Assembly: GCA_002269645.1 (NCBI GenBank)
Contig: NIVC01000491.1
Coordinates: 372,001 to 436,000, forward strand
Length of the DNA stretch: 64,000 nucleotides
Reading direction: 5' to 3'
Origin: Macrostomum lignano
Lineage: Eukaryota
Under the pieces are notes generated by a model that did not search any database, was not told the DNA's origin, and saw nothing but the letters and a program-made list of their open reading frames with translations. The stretch's first letter is position 1, and the number at the start of each line of letters is the position of its first letter. The translations under genes were made by a program, and so were the position numbers. Positions 11,892 through 22,481 of this stretch are shown one piece after another.

Positions 11892-12929
11892 AACCTGATT
11901 CAAGCAAAAGAAGCCTTATTCTATCCAGATAGCGATGCCGTAGGTTCTACACAAGATTTATAAAGGCCAAGTCTAAGGCATTTGCCTCTTCATTAGTAAT
12001 CAAACAACTGAAGAGAACTGGACAACTGAATTTGAAAGTTTCAGAGAAAATCCATCGAATGCCTGGCACGCATTTGCGAGGGCCAGATTCGAGGTTCGCA
12101 GCAGCGCATTTCCCTTGTCTATACTTTGCCTTCAATTCCCTTCATGCAGCCTTGGCTTCAATTGTTGTTTACTTTATCTCAGTTTTTTATTACTCTGTCT
12201 CAATTGTTAATTAATTGCAAGAATTCCTTGCTTCAATCGTCTTTTAAATCATTTCATTAATAGTTTCCCTCAATTGTAAATTTCATCTACGCATTCTTTG
12301 CTTCACTTGAAACATTTTTTCATGCATGCCTTCAATCTTCATCATTTTTTTCTGGCCAAATTCGAATATTTTAGCTATTCTTACAGATTTATAGTTTCTT
12401 GTAATGAGTTTATCGCTATGGTATGCTCGTATAATGTACTTCAACAAGTACTTACAAACAAATACTCATGAATAGTAATTACACACAAGTGTGTAGTTAA
12501 TCTAATACATGTAAAATTAAAAAATGAACTCTGTCTGTCTGTGTACAAATTTGTTCGCTACGGGCTCTATACTATAGTGTGCTTTTTCTAGTATTGAGCC
12601 GCTCTCACTCATTCATTTCCCCAAATCAAGAGGATAAGGCCAATGTACATAGCATGTATAGTGCTTTGGAATAACTTCGACTCTATTGGCGCCCCAGTAA
12701 AGAGGCTTGGTTAAAATGTCTCAACCAAACTTTTCTAGCTACCCGACAAGACTGTACTAACATATGGGCCTACCCATCCCCCCAGAACAAGGGGGCACGC
12801 CCGTGTACTTAGCAATGTAAGGTGTAAGAATAACTTCACTTCAAATGGAGATTGGACGTCACCTGATGGACAAGCAACGTATTGGTCTCCTGTCAAAGTT
12901 TTACTTAGAGAAAGAAGTGTAGCTGAAAT

Positions 12930-13385
12930 GAGTATCGAAATTCAGGTCTCCCGGCGTGCCATCTTACTCTGTCAAGAACAAAAAGTAGCAAGGAGAAATA
13001 TCTGCCCCGAAAATGGGGACTTGAACATACCGTGTTCATCGATGCGCTGCTTGATGCCACTAACGGCCAAGTTTCAGCTCAAGACTTGTGCAATAGGGTG
13101 AGATTTAAGTTTGGTTTGCGTTTTTCTATCTGCACAATGAAGAGAATTCGGCGACTGTTGGGTTAGGTTCGAACAACAACGCAGTATTGCCAGATGATCA
13201 AGTTGAAAAATCAACTCATTCGGCTATTATGGAGCGCACTGAAGCTGCAAGAGAACGACAATTTTGAGGATGCCATCTTCACCGACGAATGCAGCGTGGC
13301 TTTATCCCGCAAGACACATCAGACAGTTTTCGTCGGGTCAACTCCTCGCGACCAAAGTTTGCAACTCTGAAGCATTCACTAAAAG
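12930..13385 (+). pseudogene. Degenerate Tc1/IS630-like transposase fragment (second copy ~39953-40408)
   Basis: YCQMIKLKNQ.IRLLW...NFEDAIFTDECSV, with stops upstream. Confidence 0.7.
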
Positions 13386-13589
13386 TAAGCATCCCCTCTG
13401 ATTCGTGAACATATAAACTGCCTATATGCTGCCTATTTCAGATGGCCACGTAGGTGAAGAGAAAGAGAACAGGAGAGATGTTGCTACTAAATGCCATCAA
13501 GGATACTAGTTCCAGCTCTCATGACGAAGAGGAGGGCATTTGTATGAAAACATCATCCTTGCCCAGTGGAGCAGGTTGTTCTTAATGAA

Positions 13590-15800
13590 CATTGGGTAGT
13601 CGACCTGAGGAAGGAGTTAATCATCAGGAGGATAATAATAACAATTTGCCATCTGAATCCGTCTCCGATTCAGAGACTGATGACTATGACGACCATGAAT
13701 CTGATGTAGATCTGAGTGAGGCCTTGAAACACTGGGTAATATACGATAACATCCCACAAGCCTCTGCGACGTCTCCTGGCTGTTCTGCGCAAGAAAGATA
13801 TCCCTTCCTATTTACTTAAGAACACTACTTGACTCTACCCAGGTTGTATCAGGAATCAAACACATTGATCCAGGTAGCTACTATCATTTTGGGCTCCTGA
13901 ATGGGATAAAAAGGCTACTTGATGATGTCGGCTTTCAGAATAATGTAATCTACTAATGTATCCCACTAGTCACAGGCAACATCAACGAAATGTAAAAAAC
14001 CGATAAAAAATAACTAAAAAAAGAAAATAATAATTCCTAAGAACAACCTAATATTGCAAGTAAGGTACCCATTGAGTTTGAGACATCTGCAAATGAATCA
14101 AAATCATTAAGCCCATTGTCAGACAAATCAAGCTCTGAAAATGAGAATCAATGTTCAGGTATTTCTACTAGTAGTTTATTGATTGATGCTTTGCCAGAAA
14201 TGAGGTCTACAACTAGTGAAGTTAATGCAAATGATGATGATGATAATATCAAAGAATTTCTTCGACAATGGGTGATAGAATTCAACATCCCAGTTTATAG
14301 CCTTGATAAACTGCTTCCATGTCTAAAAAAGCAATTTCCTAATTTACCTATGCGTGGTACACTCTCATGAAAACCAACGTTTCATTGCCAATGGTATCTA
14401 TCAACTGTTTCAAATGGTCAAATTGCATACTTTGGTCTAAAAAATATTATTTAGAGAAATTGCCTTTCTACAAATCAGGCTCATTTAGTAATTTTAGTTG
14501 ATGGCCTTTCATTTGCTAAATCATCTACATCTTCATGCTGAGCAATCCTTGGACAACTTGGATCTAGTGAAACACCTTTTGTTATTGCTATTTACCAAGG
14601 AAATGTGAAACCAACAGCATCAGAGTTTATGTCTCCTGTTGAAAATGAAATTAATGAACTCATAAAGGAGCAAACCTAAATTTGAAGTATATTCTAGCTG
14701 AGACACCTACTCGATAATTATTTAAATGTACTAAAGTACATACTGCATACTATTCTTGTGACTGTTGTTTGATCCGAGGCCAAAGAGTAGAAGGCCGAAT
14801 TTTCTTTGATGAGTTTTCCATGCAGCCTTGTAGAAGTGATCAATCTTTCCGAGAAAAGGCTGATGCTCACCATCATGCTGGAAAATCTCCACTGTCACCT
14901 CTTGCTAGATTCAACATGATCATACAGCTACCTTATGACTTTATGCATCTACTTTGCCTTGGCATAATGAAGCGCATGATTGCTTTCTGGAATTGTGGCC
15001 TTCTTGGTGTATCTAGACTTACTGTAAGAGGACGTGCATCAATTTCAGAAAAATTGGAGTTAATACGGCCTTTGATACCATTTGAATTCAATAAAAAAAC
15101 AAGGCCAGTCTCCCAGTACAAACTGTGGAAGGCAACTGAATTCCGGACTTTCCTATTGTATACAGGGATATGTGAATAAAGGATCACTCATTACATTCAC
15201 GCATTTCCCGTAACTTTTGTCTGCTTTTTATTATTGCACGAGTCGTGTTCCAATACGCTCGTAATGTCCAGGGTCAAAAAAGGAAGTACCCGTTCGTTTC
15301 ATTCGAGTGTTTTTACGGAATTGCAAGCGTACTTATTCTCGAATCTTTCTGGCTTACAACCTGCATGTATTGCTTCACCTTCCAGATGACTGTGAATTAT
15401 ATGGTGCTCTGGATTCATTTAGTGCTTTTCTATTTGAAAATACATTGGGTTTCTTAAGGCGCCGTGTTAGGAGTGATAACCAAACATTTATGCAACTTGT
15501 CAACCGAATCAAAGAAGTTTCACAAATTACTACAGTAAATCTGCAAGGCACCAAGCAGAAGGGTATTGAGTTTTTCAAAGAAATTCGTGACAGCCTTCCT
15601 GATAGCATTGCATGCCAAATAACTTCAAGCCATGTTTCTTTGCCAAAGCAGTCTTCAGAAATAAGCAGCTATCCACCAAACATCAAAGGGATGCCTATGA
15701 AGGTTGCAATGGAATGATTGTGAAAATTTCAAAGATTTTTCTCCAGCTGACCATTCGACTCTTTAAGTTGTCGCTCAATGCTTCAAAAGACGGGAAAACA
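13590..15800 (+). pseudogene. Degenerate animal EnSpm/CACTA(CMC)-like transposase, copy 1, 3'-truncated
   Basis: PYDFMHLLCLGIMKRMI, WKATEFRTFLLYTG and LHVLLHLPDDCELYGALDSFSAFLFEN, broken by stops and frameshifts. Confidence 0.75.
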
Positions 15801-15806
15801 ATTTTG

Positions 15807-15926
15807 CGACGTGTAAATTCGGGCATACACTGTGTATCTGCGGGCTGCAATAGACGCATATTGACTCCGACTCGGGATAAGGAGCAGTCGTGTATTAGCG
15901 GGCATCTGTGTATTAGCGGGCAGTTG
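15807..15926 (+). repeat. ~120-bp segment homologous to 23573-23690
   Basis: CGACGTGT(A/G)AATTCGGGCATACACTGTG...TGTATTAGCGGGCAGTTG is shared, with 3 substitutions and an extra 18-bp unit. Confidence 0.9.
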
Positions 15927-15934
15927 AGTTAGGG

Positions 15935-17763
15935 CCATAGACTACTCAGCATATAGCACTATGCCAGTAGAGTGTTTAGGTATACATTCTCCTCCTTTTC
16001 CCAGTGTGGCTATGGAAAAGTAAGTCCGAGGATGCATTTCTCAGGCCGAGGCGAAGCCGAGGCCTTGAGAATATCATCCGAGGACTTTCTTTTCCATAGA
16101 CATATTTGGAAAAAGGAGGAGAAAATATTTAACCTACTGAAAGCAAAATACGCATCAATATCCAGTACAGTTAGTCTATGGCACAAGCTATGTGACTGAC
16201 TGGCTAAAGTGTTATAAATCGTCTACCTAGATGGAGCACTGAGCAGTCCATCCATTTGCATATATAATAGAACCATGGAAGACGACTTAGATCTAGTGCT
16301 ACGATATTTTGAAAGTAAAGAATCCGCTGCAACGAATCCTGCTGCTGGTAGTGATCGATTCGCTACGCTCTCGACTGACGAAATACAAGGGAAGCTGGAC
16401 GCTGCTATCCCACCAAATACGCGAAGGAAGGAACTATGGGCTGTAAGAATTTTTGACCAGTGGTTTGAGCAGCGACACAATCGAATTCTACATGGTGATA
16501 CAACTGGCCTTCTCGTGTTGAAGGAGCGTCATGAATGGAACGCTTGCGATTGGAACTATCTATTAAAGATGTTCATTCTCGAGGTGCGAAAAGTCGATGG
16601 CACTAAATACAATGCTACGACCCTTAGGGACATATTTTCCATGATGCAACACTATCTGCAGTACACGCTCAAGAAAGAACTGAATCTCTGGAAGGACGCT
16701 GCGTGCAGGGGTGCAAGAATGGCATTGGATGCTGCCATGAAAGAAGCTACTAGAGAGGGCCTAGTTCCGGGGACAAATGCGTCTAGCCCAATTCCCGCAA
16801 CTCTGGAGGAGGAGTTGTGGCAGAAGGGACGTCTTGCAACAACGTCGCCGAAATTACTGCTGTTTACGCTTGTGTTCTACCTTGGCAAGCAGTTCGCTTT
16901 GCGTGGAGGCACGGAGCTGCATGGTCTGAGATATAGCTGTGAGATCCAGTTGCAGCATGAAGACGGTCAAGAACTTCTAGTTTACTGTGAGAACAGAGCC
17001 ACGAAGACCAACAACGCTGGCATAAAGCGACGTTTTGTTCCATTGAAAACCGTTAAAGCATCTCATACTGCTGATCATGATAGATGTCTACCCTGCATCT
17101 ACAAGCTGTATGTGGACAAAAGACCGGAAAACTGTACGGTTCAGAATTTGTTCCTGGCTTGGATGCGTAGCGATGCCAGCATCCAGCAAGGCAGGTGGTA
17201 CCAAAACGCACCCGTCGGCCGGCACAGCTTGGACGGTATTGTTCGTGAATTAACGGCTCCCCTAACTGGAGTGACTGAAAGGTACACTAATCAGTCTCTA
17301 CGCAAGACTTGCGCAAGTACTCTACACCGTGCTGGCTTTGCTAGAGAGGACATCGCTCGTGTTACAGGACACTCTTCGACAGCTATTGAGCGCTATATTC
17401 AGTTTGACGTACAAGACCATGTTAAAGTATCGCATGCTCTTCAATCTGGTGGTCAGTCATCAAGTCTGTCTATTGACACCGAGCCTAAACGCTCTGTTGA
17501 AGCTATGGAACAAAGTAACGTAGTGACTGCTAATCCTGCAAAGAAAATGAGGCTTAACATCAATGGTAACACCAACACCGTTGAAATCGTTTTTGAGTGA
17601 GTGCTTACAAGACGCTTCTAAATCTTACTATTTGAACTTCCTGTTGTTGGTTTACATTTGTTAAATACAAGTGTTTATAGCAGGACTGAGAACTATTTCT
17701 CAGGCCTCGTTTGGGGACTGAGAAATGGTTCTCAGTCCTCCTACAACCGATAAATTACCATAG
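15935..17763 (+). mobile_element. Crypton-type tyrosine recombinase DNA transposon
   Basis: CCATAG direct repeats at 15935 and 17758; an alternative right end is the 10-bp GGGCCATAGA repeat at 15932/17888. Left ~150-bp imperfect hairpin (15981-16130) around GAGGCGAAGCCGAG. Right hairpin 17682-17739 with 22-bp arms matching 21/22. Single YR ORF inside. Confidence 0.75.
16275..17600 (+). CDS. Crypton (DUF3504/ZMYM-KCTD1-related) tyrosine recombinase, 441 aa, intact ORF
   Basis: FILEVRKVDGTKY, QFALRGGTE (R), TKTNNAG (K), YTNQSLRKT (HxxR position, H replaced by Q), VTGHSS (H) and IERY (Y). Confidence 0.92.
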   Translation: MEDDLDLVLRYFESKESAATNPAAGSDRFATLSTDEIQGKLDAAIPPNTRRKELWAVRIFDQWFEQRHNRILHGDTTGLLVLKERHEWNACDWNYLLKMFILEVRKVDGTKYNATTLRDIFSMMQHYLQYTLKKELNLWKDAACRGARMALDAAMKEATREGLVPGTNASSPIPATLEEELWQKGRLATTSPKLLLFTLVFYLGKQFALRGGTELHGLRYSCEIQLQHEDGQELLVYCENRATKTNNAGIKRRFVPLKTVKASHTADHDRCLPCIYKLYVDKRPENCTVQNLFLAWMRSDASIQQGRWYQNAPVGRHSLDGIVRELTAPLTGVTERYTNQSLRKTCASTLHRAGFAREDIARVTGHSSTAIERYIQFDVQDHVKVSHALQSGGQSSSLSIDTEPKRSVEAMEQSNVVTANPAKKMRLNINGNTNTVEIVFE

Positions 17764-18147
17764 AAGTTGTTGTTCCTCGGGAAAAGGATGAGACTGCGAA
17801 AGAGGCGAGAAATGCACTTTCTGTAGGTTAACACTTTTCCTTATAAAAATATACATATTAACAACCTGATGATTGACTGCAGCATTTGGGCCATAGAAAC
17901 TTAATGGGATAGCGCATTTCATATTAGGGACTATATATAAACTTAAGCTTCCCCCTTCTAGTAGAAGCAGAGCAGCAGTCTTTATGGTTAGATCGCAGAA
18001 GAATAGCGCATCGTCTCACACAGTTCCAGCAGCAGCATCGTGAGCATGTTCGACGACGACGACGACGAGATAATGTTAAGTGTGGAAGAGCAGCTCGAGC
18101 TCGAAGAACAAGTTGCTGCTGAAGAGCGGCAGGCGGAGCAACTGCAG

Positions 18148-18350
18148 ATGGAAGCTGCCGCTGCTGTTGCTACTTGTCATGAGGAGGAGTTGGAAGCTGC
18201 CGCTGCTGTTGCTACTTGTCATGAGGAGGAGTTGGAAGCTGCCGCTGCTGTTGCTACTTGTCATGAGGAGGAGTTGGAAGCTGCCGCTGCTGTTGCTACT
18301 TGTCATGAGGAGGAGTTGGAAACTGCCGCTGCTGTTACTGCTTTTCATGA
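18148..18350 (+). repeat. 42-bp coding tandem repeat (EEELEAAAAVATCH), about 4.5 copies
   Basis: Direct inspection; the repeat is in frame in ORF 18040. Confidence 0.95.
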
Positions 18351-19978
18351 GGAGCAGCAACCCAGTCGCCGGCGGAGGCTATTAGAAGATGTCAGCACGC
18401 CGCAGACGAGCAGCGCAACGCCCTCTCGGTGCATCATAGCCAATGAGACGCCGGAACCAAGGCAGCAGCGCGGCTTGCCTAACAAGCTGCCGCGATTAAT
18501 TGTCTACAGCAGCGGTAGCGACGAGGAACAGCAGCAGCATCCTGCTGACCACGTCGCCGGCTGCGGCGACCAGCCGCCGACTCTGCAGTTTATTCCGAAG
18601 GCGTCGCCCTCATTCCATACTACTGCCTCTGCTGCCGCTGCTGCTCAAGCGTCACCGAAGCCACACCTTCTACGGCAGCCTAGGATCGGCCCGTGCGGCA
18701 TCGGCGCGCCCTGGCGCTTCACCACTCGCCCTGCTGCTCCTACTGCTGCCTTCCGGTTCATGACGCCACCAGCCTCACCGAGACCTCGGTCAAGCCGCCC
18801 GCCGACGACGTTCTACCCGAGAGGTGGGTTACGTGCATTTCGCGCTCACACCTTTGCTCATGTTACATTCTCTCATATTACAGTAGTATCATTTTCACAT
18901 TTTTGTTTCCCGACGACACAGGAGCCACCGCCGCCGCCGTACCGCAGTCGAGTGCTACGCAGCGCGAGCGGGCTTTGGCCTCTGGCTACGAGCTGGCGGC
19001 CAGGGCGATGGAGGCGACAGCTGAATATAACCTCGCAGAGACGACCTGCCCGGCCGGCGAAATCCCACTGTTCCACGAAGAGGGGGAGGAACGGCAGCAG
19101 CAGCCGGCTAGCACCTCGCCGAAGGGAACGAGCTCGCGCCTTCTGGCATCGTCCGTGCCGCTGCATCCCAGCGACACCGTACCAAACGACATAATGGTTT
19201 CGGCTAATGCGAGCCGGCGTTCGCATCGTGCAATGTCGGTGATTCAGCTGTACTACGTCAAGAACGCACCCCAGATGAAGCTGGTGATCAACGGGACCTG
19301 GAGCGGCGACTTCACGACACAGTTAGCCATAGGTGAGTGAGTGAGTGTTTGCGTCGTTTCACAAGTGTCTGGAAAACTCATAACAATTATCTTCTACGTA
19401 GAACATGCGATTTGAAGAAACTCTTTAACCCATCCCCCAACGCCACCACAACAACCAACAACTACTACTACTGTATGTAATAAGGCCTGGCAGATAACGA
19501 ATTTATGCTGACTCCCGCGCACATGACTGACGCGTACGCCCCGACTCCATCTTGCCCTGTGGACAAGACACGATCGCTGTTGATATTTTTGCGATCCAAT
19601 GCCATGCACAATTCCTTAGAATTAATTGATCGCCTGCGAAATTTCTTCGCGTCTGGCTCCAGCCTGCACACCTTTGCGGTGCAGGGATGGACATGCGCCG
19701 AGATCAGGAGCGTGCGCTCAGCAGCTGCCGAATTACGACGGGTGACCATGCACGACCCACAGCCGCTATCACCGAAATCGACGACGCTTGTCTGTCCCGC
19801 GTTGTCCAACTGTACAGATGGGCTATGTCATATCCGCTGGGGAGTATGGCACCGCGACCAGACGACCCCCATCTCGTCTGCGGTAATCCACTGCTTTTGA
19901 AGCAGACCATGGATTTCTTTACAACGGTGCAACAGATGCGCAGAATTCGTGCCGAAGAGCACGTGTCACTGCTCCCCA

Positions 19979-20575
19979 ACAACAACAACAAAATACGCTG
20001 TCATGATGGTAAAAGTCAGCGTCACAGGGCGCGCTTCATGGCTTGGGCGCGAACAAAGACCGCGCCACCGGCAGTGTCCGGGGCGCCGGCGTCAGCCAGC
20101 AGACAGTCGACATAACGCCGAGTTCGCGCTTGACCTCGCCGGTAGGGTGCCTGCAGCGTGAGCAGCAGCACCTCCTGCACCGGCTGTGGGCAGTACGACT
20201 CGGCGCGGATGAGATGGCCTGCGAGCTGGAGTCGCCGACGGCGCAGTAGATCACTTGGACGTGGCAGGCCAGCGCGGCGATAGAGTGCCGCGTTGGTGAC
20301 TCGCTCGACGCCGATGTTGAAGGCGGCGCGCAGCAGACCAGCGTGCGCCGCATCGACTTGCTGTTCGAGTGAGTCCGTCAGCGTCCAGGTCTCGGCGTTG
20401 TACAGCAGGACGGTCTCGATTACCGCCTGGAACAGCGCCGCCCTCTGGCGGTCCGGTAGGGCCTCGGACTGCAGGACTGCCCTCACAGAACGAAAGGCAG
20501 CCCAGGCAAGCCCGCGGCGGCGTCGCAGGTCCTCGCGAGCGTCTGGAACCAGACCGCCGAGGTAGACGCTCCCCA
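19979..20575 (-). mobile_element. 5'-truncated RTE-clade non-LTR retrotransposon
   Basis: C-terminal RT/thumb peptide (YLG...AFR...LFQAVIETVLLYNAETWTL...RRRLQLAGHLIR), a 3' (TGT)n tail at ~19979-19992 and an 8-bp TSD GCTCCCCA at 19971-19978 and 20568-20575. Confidence 0.88.
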
Positions 20576-21549
20576 GCACCATTGTCCGGCCGAGTATGTG
20601 CGGGGCATGTCACCGCCTGCCTGTACAATGCATGCAGGTGCCTCCACGCGGCGACACAGCCGCTTCAAATACGGATCAGCCGGGGTGCAGCAATGTGGCA
20701 ACACACCGCATCGCGCTAGGTGGAAGCTGCGCGATTCAGCAGGCAATCTGCACAGCGATGCGGCAGACTGTAGTTGTGCCCTCAATCCTGTACCTATGGG
20801 GTGCCAGTGGAGTGGGCAAATCAGCAATGGTGGGCCTGTATTTTGGTCGTGAGACCGTATTCACTCCGAACCTTGACGAGAGTTTTGCCTTCGACGGTCT
20901 GCGCCTGGGCATTCATAGGTGTCTGTTCTTTGATGAGCTAAGCGTCTCGCAGGCCTCCTCGCAGCAGCTGCTTCTGCTGCTCAATCGCGATAAATTTACC
21001 ATCAACGCCAAGCACAAGGCCCACATTCTGACTGAATGGAGCGGCCCGGTGATGCTCGCTGGCCATTTCCCTCCCGCCGACCTGCCCATAGACTTTGTCA
21101 GGCGGGTCAACTCCGGCGGCCAGTGTATTCACGTGAAGCACGACATATTCCGGTGCACCGGCTGCCAGCTGCAGGATGATGCTCGCGCAGAGTCTGATTA
21201 GAGCTTGATTAGCTGGATTGACGAACAACAGGGCAGATAAACGATGACGCACTGCTTTCCCTACCCTTGAATATTCCCAAATCCCGATTCCCCTCCTAGC
21301 AATCAAGCCGGCCTTATATGCATTAGTAGTGGATTTTGTTGTTGTTGCTAGGCTGCTCACATAGTGCAGGATGCGCCGTAGAACGCAGGTAAAAACAAAA
21401 CTAGGTAATATTACTCGTCGGTCAGCAACGCAGCAAAGTTCACGTTTGGCCGTTCAAGTTCCAACAATTTCGTGTTACAGCTATTATACGAGCCACTGCA
21501 GGGACAATAAAAATTCAACTATTCTGCAGCTTTATGTGCACCTTTTGCT

Positions 21550-22481
21550 GCTTTAGCAGGCGCGAGCATTAGAGCCTCAACGCTACTGTAACTTAAGGAT
21601 AAAGTGCCAGACAAAACGTCGGAAAAGTGCTACATTCATTTTCATACATTTCCGTAAGGCGTGTTGGCACAGTAGCACTATCGCGAAATTGTGCTTAGCA
21701 ACATTCCCATAAAAAGATAATGGCACATACAAGCCATGCAGAGGCGATTAGTAGCTGTAACAGTTATACTTTCCGTTTGTTTTTGTCTGTTTTTTAGTTA
21801 TCGCTTTTAAAGGAAGGAATAGCACCAGTTCGTCTTGTTTCATACTTGAAGGGGTATTTTTGGGGCATTTCCATTGTCGTGGGTTTCTTTATTGCAATAT
21901 TGTTGTTGTCTGCAGTTTTGTTGTGGCTAACGTGCCGCGTATATACAATTTTACAGTCTCAATACCGGCGGTAGTAAGTATTAATCTCGTTGCGATTTTC
22001 GACACCATCTCTTTGAAATATATGAAACAAGCAATCTACATCTCCTTTTGAAAACCACCCTTTGGAACTACTAAACTGTATACTTTGAGTATCGATTCAA
22101 TACTTCGTTGTAGACTCACTCAGCTAGCGTACTGCTTTTAGGGGGGGGTTTAACCATAGACTATAGACCCCGGACCGTCCCTCTTCTCTACTTCGTTAGA
22201 CACACTCAGTGTACTGTTTTTAGTAGGGGGGGGTTTCAACCATAGACTATGCATCGATCGCAGACTCTAGACCCGGACCGTTCCCCTCCTCAACCACTGC
22301 AGTTCATTCTTAAAGAGGTCCAGCATTTCTGTACCCCGCCCGCTGCAAGCAACCAACAACTCGTATAATCCAGATAATTTCTGCGGCTTTAGCAGGCGCG
22401 AACATTAGAGCCATTGCCTTAACTTAACTTAACTTTAACTTAAGGATAAAGTGCCACATTCATATCCATACATTTCCGCAA
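21550..22481 (+). promoter_or_regulatory. Intergenic region with two pairs of imperfect direct repeats
   Basis: GCTTTAGCAGGCGCGA.CATTAGAGCC...AACTTAAGGATAAAGTGCCA...CATACATTTCCG.AA at 21550-21657 and 22386-22481; the second copy abuts ATG 22482. A second pair at ~22115-22187 and ~22201-22290 contains G-run-AACCATAGACTAT and CCCGGACCG. Function is inferred. Confidence 0.55.

Larger units (their letters stand above)
12482..15806 (+). repeat. 3.3-kb dispersed duplication, copy 1 (Tc1 fragment plus EnSpm/CACTA-like transposase remnant)
   Basis: Near-identical to 39505-42830 (offset 27023-27024). Identical ORF-track peptides, e.g. 13592/40615 and 14116/41139. Confidence 0.97.
18046..21201 (+). 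pseudogene. Spliced Rep-like gene: low-complexity N-terminus, degenerate HUH-like region, SF3 helicase; disrupted by an RTE insertion and one frameshift
   Basis: Predicted exons 18046-18823, 18922-19332 and 19494-19978+20576-21201, with both GT-AG introns phase 1 and frame-preserving. A 1-nt shift is needed near 19769. Walker A GASGVGKS (20800-20823), Walker B LFFDE, KFTINAKHKAH and Arg-finger FVRRV. The helicase call is solid; the exon model is inferred. Confidence 0.7.

Noticed and set aside
15615-15665. CTGAAGA...GAAA hammerhead-like string on the minus strand
   Set aside because: No A15.1-U16.1 pair or cleavage triplet, and it lies within transposase coding remnant.
19881-19903. Micro-intron GTAATC...AAGCAG as the frame 2 to frame 1 switch in the Rep-like gene
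   Set aside because: At ~23 nt it is too short. A 1-nt indel near 19769 explains the shift and keeps the better-looking peptide.
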